From positions 323,143 through 387,142 of the forward strand of contig OZ244825.1 of NCBI GenBank assembly GCA_965220385.1: a stretch of 64,000 bases of DNA, read 5' to 3'. The notes beneath the pieces are model-generated. The model did no database searches. It was not told the origin of the DNA and worked only from the letters and a program-made list of their open reading frames with translations. Made by a program: the position numbers and the translations under genes. The first letter of the stretch is position 1; every line of letters begins with the position of its first letter. This DNA comes from Candidatus Poribacteria bacterium (lineage in GTDB: Bacteria; Poribacteria; WGA-4E; PCPOR2b). This document shows positions 57,445 through 64,000 of this stretch, in pieces.

Positions 57445-58440
57445 ATGAAACACCTGAGTTTTACCTTAATGATAGCTACCATGCTAATCGTTTTCAGTTC
57501 GGTTGCGCTCGCTCAAGATGCGTCAACCGGCACGGTTCGTGGTAATGTTGTAGATACCACAACGGCGCAAACGCCAATTAGTGATGTGAGAGTTGTTGTC
57601 GTCGGTACCGATGGCACGGAGCATGAAACGACAACCGATGATGTCGGTGAATATAGCAAATCCGGCTTGCCACCGGGTCGTTACCTCCTTAGTATTTACA
57701 AAGACGGATACGGCGACCGAACCGGTAAACCTGTCACCGTCGTCGCTGGTGGTGACCACTATGTGCCACTGAAAATGACCAAAAAAGATACCATCGTCAC
57801 CTTCTTCGCTAAGTTTGGTATCGTTTTCTGGCCACTTCTTCTCTGTTCTGTGGCGGCATTGACCTTCATTATTGAACGTCTCTTTACCTTCCTAAGAAGC
57901 CGTTCCAAACTCGGTACAGAGCAGTTCATGGCAAGCATTACCGATTCTCTGCGTAACGACAATATTATGGAAGCCGTCTCAACCTGTGAAGAAGCTGGTG
58001 GTCCACTTGCAAACGTGTTGAAAGCAGGTCTACTGAGGTACAGCCAAGCACAGATTGAAGAGCAGGAGATTACAAAAGAAGAGATTCAGGAATCTATTCA
58101 AGAAGCAGGGCTTCTCGAGATTCCAGAACTTGAACGGAACATTCCTGTTATTAGTACCGTTGCAGTGATCTCGCCGTTGTTTGGTCTCCTCGGTACGGTT
58201 ATGGGTATGATTAATGCGTTTACCACGATTGCACTTGAAGGTACTGGTGACCCGCAAGCACTTGCAGGTGGTATCTCTCAGGCGTTGCTGACCACCGCCG
58301 GTGGTTTGACAATCGCTATTCCGTGTCTCATCTTCTCACAGGTCTTTGAGAGTTGGGTCAACAAATTCGTGCTTGAGATTGAACAGGTTTCGACAGAAAT
58401 TGTCAACCAACTGATTCTTGGTCAAGCTGGCAACGCGTAA
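57445..58440 (+). CDS. exbB: MotA/TolQ/ExbB-family proton channel with an N-terminal periplasmic carboxypeptidase-regulatory-like (transthyretin/Ig-like) domain
   Basis: Signal peptide, then GTVRGNVVD...DVRVVVVGTDGTE...GRYLLSIYKDGY (CarbopepD_reg-like). Three TM helices. ExbB signature ISPLFGLLGTVMGMINAF. Confidence 0.75.
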   Translation: MKHLSFTLMIATMLIVFSSVALAQDASTGTVRGNVVDTTTAQTPISDVRVVVVGTDGTEHETTTDDVGEYSKSGLPPGRYLLSIYKDGYGDRTGKPVTVVAGGDHYVPLKMTKKDTIVTFFAKFGIVFWPLLLCSVAALTFIIERLFTFLRSRSKLGTEQFMASITDSLRNDNIMEAVSTCEEAGGPLANVLKAGLLRYSQAQIEEQEITKEEIQESIQEAGLLEIPELERNIPVISTVAVISPLFGLLGTVMGMINAFTTIALEGTGDPQALAGGISQALLTTAGGLTIAIPCLIFSQVFESWVNKFVLEIEQVSTEIVNQLILGQAGNA

Positions 58441-58523
58441 ATTTAACGTTCTCCTGTCACCCTATCGGCATACCCTTTAGGGTGACAGGAAGACTTACCT
58501 TTTAGAACAGGAGGTAGTCGGAG

Positions 58524-58970
58524 ATGGCAAGTACGCAAGCACCTAGTGGTATGACCCGAATGGCAGGGAGAGAAAGAAAATCGCCTAAGCTCGACATGGC
58601 CCCGATGATTGATTGTGTGTTCCTGCTTCTGATTTTCTTTATGGTTTCGACCAGTTTTGCTCCAATGCCTGGCATTCGCGTTCAATTACCTCCTCCGGGT
58701 AAACCCAATCCTAATAAACCCAAAGGGCTCATCGTCAGGATCGCGAACCCTGAAGGTGTTCAGAAGTATGGCACTATGATCTTGAATGACGAGATTGTTA
58801 ACATCAATCAGATGTTCACTGAGTTTATTCATGCTCCCGAAGAAATCAAGAATATGGTAATTATTCAGTCAGAACGGGATGTCATACATGAGCAGATTAT
58901 TAACGTGATGGATATTGCCAAGCAAGCAGGTATAGACAAAATCGGCTTTGCAGTAGTGGCAAGGGAATAA
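58524..58970 (+). CDS. exbD: ExbD/TolR-family biopolymer transport protein (paralogue 1)
   Basis: Single N-terminal TM with LDMAPMIDCVFLLLIFFMVS ExbD signature. Periplasmic C-terminal domain. Confidence 0.8.
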   Translation: MASTQAPSGMTRMAGRERKSPKLDMAPMIDCVFLLLIFFMVSTSFAPMPGIRVQLPPPGKPNPNKPKGLIVRIANPEGVQKYGTMILNDEIVNINQMFTEFIHAPEEIKNMVIIQSERDVIHEQIINVMDIAKQAGIDKIGFAVVARE

Positions 58971-58984
58971 CAAAGGAGGATACT

Positions 58985-59416
58985 ATGGCTATACAAATGA
59001 GGACAGGAAAGGCAAAGGAACGCGGTCAAGCCTTGATGATGGAACCGATGATTGATTGCGTTTTTCTATTGCTGATCTTCTTTATGGTTTCAGCAATTAT
59101 GCGTGTGCCTCCGCCTTTCACTGTAACGCTGCCGGAGTCAGCTACGAAGCACGACTTTCCGCGTAAGAAATTCAATCTCTTTATCAGTGCAGATGGCAGA
59201 ATCTCATTTGATGATCTAGAGATGCTCACGCTAGATCACATGGAGATGTATCTGTCTTCAAAAGAGTCTCAAATTACTACACTCATTATCAAAGCCGACA
59301 GACTTGCCAAACATGGCAGAGTGATCGATGTCATGGAACGTGCGAAACGTCGATTTAGTAAGACGGAGGGGCAGGAAATCGCTTTGATGGTCGCAGAGGA
59401 AAGTTACGGGAATTAA
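58985..59416 (+). CDS. exbD: ExbD/TolR-family biopolymer transport protein (paralogue 2)
   Basis: MEPMIDCVFLLLIFFMVS signature. GGAGGA RBS. Followed by rho-independent terminators. Confidence 0.8.
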   Translation: MAIQMRTGKAKERGQALMMEPMIDCVFLLLIFFMVSAIMRVPPPFTVTLPESATKHDFPRKKFNLFISADGRISFDDLEMLTLDHMEMYLSSKESQITTLIIKADRLAKHGRVIDVMERAKRRFSKTEGQEIALMVAEESYGN

Positions 59417-59479
59417 CTGCACATTACACCTGAAGGCAGTTTGCTGCCTTTACTACAATTGATTTAAGAAGTTTTGATG

Positions 59480-59512
59480 TTCACTGAAAAGGCAGCCGAC
59501 GCGCTGCCTTTT
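59480..59512 (+). terminator. Rho-independent terminator after the second exbD
   Basis: AAAAGGCAGCCGACGCGCTGCCTTTTTTTTAT. A second hairpin AAGGCAGTTTGCTGCCTT lies at 59433-59450. Confidence 0.75.
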
Positions 59513-59570
59513 TTTTATATATATACACACCGATTCGTGAGGAACTTAGGCTGAAATACTACTACCTCCT

Positions 59571-60944
59571 GTGAAAGCGGCATCTCAGATGAACGAGCGA
59601 GAGAAAATCCTTATCGTTGATGATGAACCTGACACCATCCTGATCTTACAAGATCGGCTCGAAATGGAGGGCTACGAAGTTGTAACTGCTACTGATGGGT
59701 ACAATGCCCTTGAGCTAATAGATCAGGACCTGCCGGATCTAGTGCTGCTCGACATCCAGATGCCGCAACTAGATGGAATAGCAACCCTGACACACCTGCA
59801 CGAAAAATATCCCGGTATGCTTGTCCTCATGTTGACAGCGCACGGCACAATCCAGCGTGCAGTCGAGGCGACAAAGCGCGGGGCATACGATTTCTTGGAA
59901 AAACCTTTTCAACCAGAACATATTACGCAGAAGGTTGACCGCGCATTAGAGCACCAACGCACCGTTGAGAGCAGCACTAGGGATGAGCTCATCAACAACT
60001 ATAAAGAAATTGTAGGCGAGAGTCCTCCCATCCTTGAGGTCCTAAAAGTTATCGAAAAGATTGCGGACACAGACTCTACAGCGCTCGTCCAAGGGGAGAG
60101 TGGTACAGGAAAGGAGTTAGTCGCGCGTGCGCTTCATCAAAATAGCTCGCGCAGAGAAAAGGAGATGGTAGTCGTCAATTGTGCTGCCATTCCAGATCAT
60201 CTTCTGGAGAGCGAACTGTTTGGGCATGAGCGCGGTGCGTTTACTGGAGCAACTCACCAACAGATTGGGAAATTTGAACGCGCGCACGGCAGCACCCTGT
60301 TCTTGGATGAAATTGGAGATATGTCCATCGAACTACAGTCCAAGCTGTTGCGGGCAATACAGGAAGGAGAAATTGAACGCCTGGGTGGGACGAAAGTAAT
60401 TCGTGTCGATGTGCGAATCATCGCAGCGACCAATCAGGACTTGCGCCAGGCGATTGAAGCAGGGACATTTCGTCAGGACCTCTACTATCGCTTGAATATG
60501 ATTCCAATCCATCTGCCACCATTACGAGCCCGTCAGACGGATATTCTGATATTAGCGGAATATTTCCTGAAAAAACACGGTAGAGCCCATGATCAACCTG
60601 TGCGATTGATTAGCCATAAGGCGAGAGAACTTCTCACGCAATACGATTGGCCCGGTAACGTGCGAGAACTCGAATACTCTATTCTACGAGCAGTCCTCTT
60701 CGCGGAAGGCGATGTAATTCTCGCAAAACATCTCCCTGAAGAGATCCAATCCGCTGACCAACGCCAGGTCGAGAGCGTCCCTGTCGGTCTGACAATGAAG
60801 GAGATGGAAAAAGAGTTAATCCTCAAAACCCTCGAAAGAATGGAGGGCAATCGTACCCGAACCGCAGAAATTTTGGGGATTAGCCTGCGGTCCTTGCAAT
60901 ATAAATTGAAGGATTACGAAAAGACCCCTGAGCTTGACGCGTGA
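59571..60944 (+). CDS. Sigma-54-dependent Fis-family response regulator (NtrC-like: REC + AAA+ sigma54 activator + HTH)
   Basis: REC domain ILIVDDEPD...LVLLDIQMP. Sigma54 activator GESGTGKELVARALH and GAFTGA motif. ESELFGHERGAFTGA. C-terminal Fis-type HTH (TRTAEILGISLRSLQYKLK). Confidence 0.9.
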   Translation: MKAASQMNEREKILIVDDEPDTILILQDRLEMEGYEVVTATDGYNALELIDQDLPDLVLLDIQMPQLDGIATLTHLHEKYPGMLVLMLTAHGTIQRAVEATKRGAYDFLEKPFQPEHITQKVDRALEHQRTVESSTRDELINNYKEIVGESPPILEVLKVIEKIADTDSTALVQGESGTGKELVARALHQNSSRREKEMVVVNCAAIPDHLLESELFGHERGAFTGATHQQIGKFERAHGSTLFLDEIGDMSIELQSKLLRAIQEGEIERLGGTKVIRVDVRIIAATNQDLRQAIEAGTFRQDLYYRLNMIPIHLPPLRARQTDILILAEYFLKKHGRAHDQPVRLISHKARELLTQYDWPGNVRELEYSILRAVLFAEGDVILAKHLPEEIQSADQRQVESVPVGLTMKEMEKELILKTLERMEGNRTRTAEILGISLRSLQYKLKDYEKTPELDA

Positions 60945-60995
60945 AACGTCCTGCTTTTCTTTAACATCTACAACTTTCCGCTTTCAAGGAGCCTG

Positions 60996-61018
60996 TAGGT
61001 CGAGATTCATATCTCGCC
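60996..61018. repeat. REP-like hairpin element family A, copy 4
   Basis: GTAGGTCGAGATTCATATCTCGCC, between the NtrC-like gene and the rhomboid gene. Confidence 0.8.
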
Positions 61019-61025
61019 AACCAAA

Positions 61026-62882
61026 CTAACCTTCATTCGCACCTTGCTGGAAGATACTGAAAATAGCATCGAGTCTTGCCTTATTTCTTCTATCCTCCGA
61101 AAAGAGGCGAGAGAGTCGTTCATAAAATTTCAAGAACGCTGGACTGAAATTTCGCAATGCTTGGGAAGATTTCTCCGCTTGAACCAGCTCCCTTATGCCT
61201 TTCCACCCACTATCCTGCGCCCTCAATTCGTCCTCGGTTTCGGTAGGACTTGCGACAACCTGCTCAAATGCGCGAAGTGATTTGAGATATTGCCGATTCC
61301 GGAAATATGCCCAGCCAAGGGTATCCAGAAAGTTCTTCTCCTGCGGTGCTTGTCTCACCGCGTTCAGGGCGAGCTCCACCGTCTTTTGGGGGTTGGTCCG
61401 CTGCTCAACATAAAGCCACGCCAAGTTATTGCTCCACGTTCCATTGTCAGGGTCGTCTTTAACAGCCTCCCGATAAAACTTTTCTAACTTCCTATCCCAA
61501 AATCTACCCTCTTGAGGCGCAAGCCCCTTGCCACGTATGTAGAAATATTCCAAGTTTAGATAAAGTGTCCGATTGTAGCCCCGTTTATCTGCGACCCTTT
61601 CGTACAGTTCAATGTAATCTGTAAGTTCCGTTTTCTCGTCCGGACGCTCGAAAGCTGTTGCTTGATAAACCCAAAACAGATTATTGTTCCAAACAGGATT
61701 GTCTGGATCTGCTTGGAGTGCCTTTTCGTAGAACTGCTTGAGTTTGCGCGTCCAAGATGCATCATCCGGAAAAGTCTTTAATGCTTCGATATAAAGGGTT
61801 TCGAGAATTGCATAAGCTTCGGGATCGTAAGGACTTTTTAGGATTCTGGCCTCGTGCCTTCTGATATAATCGGTTAGGTCATTAGGGGATGCCGCATCAG
61901 GCAGCTGTTTCACCGTTTCCCGCGAATTCGTAAGGCCCCGTAAAACCGGTATGGTACCACTTGCAATTGCCAATCCTACAAGTACTACTGTCAACCCTGT
62001 TACAATCTGTCTCTCACGTCTATGATAGCTAAAAACTTCCGGCGCAAGGACCAGACCGCCAACAAACCCTGTGAAAAGTCCGCCGAGGTGAGCCGCGTTG
62101 TTGACATTGTAATTAAAATGCGGAAAAACGAAAAACCCAAGAAAAATGTCAATTGCAATAAATGGGAGCAGTCGCAAGCCGAGGATCCGACCCAACCTTC
62201 GAGGTAGACGATCCTTATAACGGATGCCTAAAGCGACTGCAACACCAATTAACCCAAATACGGCGCCCGATGCACCGACACCCAACGCATTTTGGACAAA
62301 AGGTAAGCTGGCGATGCTGCTGACGATAGCGGAAATCAGATAGAGGAACAGGAACCGACTCCTACCATACAATCCTTCCAGCAAGCTGCCGAGAAGAAAC
62401 AGTATGCCCATATTCAGGAGAAGGTGCAACGCATGAGCGTGCAAAAAGGTGCTTGTGAGTAGGCGCCAATATTCCCCGGCTTCTACGATCAAGTGATAAG
62501 AATAAGCCCCAAATTGGATCAAAGGACTCAAGTCTTGGGAAGAAGCAATCAGCCGAAGTTCGAGCGGATGAAAAATTGCAACGTTCAATACAATTAAAAC
62601 CAGCGTCACTACCGGTAACCTTTTGGGGTACCTGAGAAACCCTTGTCCTGTTCTGAACTCGCTTTTGAGAATCGTTGGCTTATCGCTATCTATTCCCTCC
62701 GAATCGTTATCAAGTTCCCACAGTTTCCGAACCGCTGGAAGCTCGGTAATTGGCTTCCATTGCCCGTCAGTAAGCGTTTCAGACCATACAAAGGCATCCC
62801 GCGGTACACGTCCTAACTTTATCCAGTCGTATAGCGTTGGTTCATCAATATCAAGGATACGGTTTGCGATCTGAATCTTCAT
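61026..62882 (-). CDS. Rhomboid-family intramembrane serine protease fused to C-terminal TPR-like repeats
   Basis: Rhomboid core with GASGAVFGLIGV (catalytic Ser) and a downstream His in a TM helix (AAHLGG). C-terminal repeats WNNNLFWVYQA, WSNNLAWLYVEQ and LDTLGWAYF typical of TPR. Confidence 0.8.
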   Translation of the reverse strand: MKIQIANRILDIDEPTLYDWIKLGRVPRDAFVWSETLTDGQWKPITELPAVRKLWELDNDSEGIDSDKPTILKSEFRTGQGFLRYPKRLPVVTLVLIVLNVAIFHPLELRLIASSQDLSPLIQFGAYSYHLIVEAGEYWRLLTSTFLHAHALHLLLNMGILFLLGSLLEGLYGRSRFLFLYLISAIVSSIASLPFVQNALGVGASGAVFGLIGVAVALGIRYKDRLPRRLGRILGLRLLPFIAIDIFLGFFVFPHFNYNVNNAAHLGGLFTGFVGGLVLAPEVFSYHRRERQIVTGLTVVLVGLAIASGTIPVLRGLTNSRETVKQLPDAASPNDLTDYIRRHEARILKSPYDPEAYAILETLYIEALKTFPDDASWTRKLKQFYEKALQADPDNPVWNNNLFWVYQATAFERPDEKTELTDYIELYERVADKRGYNRTLYLNLEYFYIRGKGLAPQEGRFWDRKLEKFYREAVKDDPDNGTWSNNLAWLYVEQRTNPQKTVELALNAVRQAPQEKNFLDTLGWAYFRNRQYLKSLRAFEQVVASPTETEDELRAQDSGWKGIRELVQAEKSSQALRNFSPAFLKFYERLSRLFSEDRRNKARLDAIFSIFQQGANEG

Positions 62883-62913
62883 TCTCTGAAAACCCCGTTG
62901 TGATTGAGCGAGA

Positions 62914-63999
62914 TCATCCGTTACTCCTCAACCGCCCGCCCATCATCTCTTTTAGTGCTGGAAGCGAGTAGGTGTTAAGAACCGAAGCGCTCTCCAGCCA
63001 ACCGCGCCGGGCAACATTGATCCCAAATAAAGCACGTGCTAAGTCAGGGGCTGAGTGTGCATCGGTATTGACTGATAATAAGGCACCCCGATCGCGTGCT
63101 TTCCGCACCGGACCCGGTTCGAGATCCAATCGGCTGGGGGCAGCGTTAATCTCTAATGCCACACCATTCGCTGCCGCTGCATCAATCACCACGTCAAGGT
63201 TGATTGCGAACCCCGGACGCCGTCCCAGCAGACGTCCTGTCGGATGTCCGATGATAGTAACATATGGATTTTCGATTGCGCGGATGACGCGGTCGGTCAT
63301 CTCCGCTTCGCCCATGGATAGACCCGCGTGGACACTTGCCACAACGATGTCCAGTTCTGCCAAGAGATCATCGGGAAAGTCGAGGCTGCCGTCCTTCAGG
63401 ATATCGACCTCTGAACCCGCAAGCACCTCCATCCCATTGATTTCTGCGTTGAGTTCACGAACCTGTTGAATCTGCGCCCGCAACCGTTCCGGCGTTAAGC
63501 CGTTGGCAACCCGTGAGGCTTCGGAGTGATCGGTAATGGCGATGTATTCATGTCCAAGTGATGCTGCAGTCTCTACCATTTCCCGGAGTGTTGCCCGCCC
63601 ATCGCTCCAGTTGGTGTGCATATGCAGATCACACCGTAAATCCTTCTGCTCGATAAGGGTTGGCAAATTATCCGCCAATGCTGCCTCAATCGAATCAGCG
63701 TCGCCTCGCAATTCAGGGGCGATGAACGACAAACCAAGTTGGGCATAAATATCAGATTCCGTCTTATCTTTCGACCAATCTGGCATCCGTTTACCCACTG
63801 CCTCAATATTTTGAGATGCTGCAACCTGATTAAGTCGTGTTACGTGCGCTTCAGCGCCCGTTGTTGTAAATAGAGTTGCTTTATATTCCGCCGTATTCGT
63901 GCAATAAACCCTTAACGGAAATCCTCTATCCACCGAGGCGACGACGCTGAGGTCATCCTGTATCCCCGGAGATGCTACACCTTTTACCTCGGACAACAC
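62914..63999 (-). CDS. DNA polymerase/3'-5' exonuclease PolX family, C-terminal portion (thumb + PHP domain). N-terminal part lies beyond the window end.
   Basis: PolX thumb end LGLSFIAPELRGD. PHP motif CDLHMHTNWSDGRATL...ITDHSEA and further His/Asp metal ligands (SVHAG, GHPTGR, VNTDAHS). The ORF runs open to the window edge. Confidence 0.8.
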   Translation of the reverse strand: MLSEVKGVASPGIQDDLSVVASVDRGFPLRVYCTNTAEYKATLFTTTGAEAHVTRLNQVAASQNIEAVGKRMPDWSKDKTESDIYAQLGLSFIAPELRGDADSIEAALADNLPTLIEQKDLRCDLHMHTNWSDGRATLREMVETAASLGHEYIAITDHSEASRVANGLTPERLRAQIQQVRELNAEINGMEVLAGSEVDILKDGSLDFPDDLLAELDIVVASVHAGLSMGEAEMTDRVIRAIENPYVTIIGHPTGRLLGRRPGFAINLDVVIDAAAANGVALEINAAPSRLDLEPGPVRKARDRGALLSVNTDAHSAPDLARALFGINVARRGWLESASVLNTYSLPALKEMMGGRLRSNG

Positions 64000-64000
64000 A

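Noticed and set aside
1-64000. CRISPR array, integrase/transposase, IS element
   Set aside because: No direct-repeat/spacer periodicity and no cas, integrase or transposase-like ORFs. The repeats present are short REP/MITE-like hairpins, not IS elements.

Overview
This 64 kb window looks like a contig from an uncultured Gram-negative bacterium, about 50% GC. A PVC-group or related lineage is plausible, given the expanded PQQ-repeat beta-propeller lipoproteins (N-terminal motif WPQWRGPNRDG), a CRTAC1/ASPIC-UnbV protein, a DUF1080 fusion and a PVM-style BMC shell gene, but lineage is inference. Coding density is high and mostly metabolic. I called about 50 genes; tRNA, rRNA, CRISPR array, IS element and integrase were each looked for and none was seen.

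Main gene content:
- two TPP-dependent acetolactate-synthase-like enzymes
- four alcohol dehydrogenases (three Zn-type MDR, one Fe-type)
- an aldehyde dehydrogenase
- an MR/MLE enolase-superfamily enzyme
- coxD/coxE/mocA-like molybdoenzyme maturation genes
- an SPFH protein
- a terpene-cyclase-repeat protein
- a peptide ABC permease and an oversized family-5 SBP
- a HemN-like radical SAM enzyme, a creatininase-family protein and a PhyH dioxygenase

Several non-housekeeping modules stand out:
1. A DUF488-DUF488-RecQ operon in which RecQ carries an unrecognised ~215 aa N-terminal domain, divergent from a SWIM zinc-finger gene.
2. A translationally coupled AAA ATPase plus DUF4276-like pair (AbiL/PARIS-like architecture) flanked by REP-like hairpins, with a solitary alpha-type DNA methyltransferase about 4 kb away.
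3. A minimal BMC satellite locus: a BMC-H shell protein, a PduL phosphotransacylase with an N-terminal encapsulation-peptide-like helix, and an unknown 253 aa protein.
4. A secreted protein with a Tyr/Arg-rich core and a ~250 aa Arg/Ser/Thr-rich disordered tail.
5. A large lipoprotein or outer-membrane protein followed by an ExbB with an N-terminal carboxypeptidase-regulatory-like domain, two ExbD paralogues and an NtrC-type sigma54 activator.

The intergenic DNA carries several families of short interspersed repeats:
- GTAG-headed REP-like hairpins
- a near-identical ~105 bp element present twice
- a MITE-like element with a 12 bp TIR
- TTTCACG heptad arrays with AATGAACC modules
- CCCGAT-NN-ATCGGG palindromes

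All calls come from reading the sequence and translations. No database search was run.
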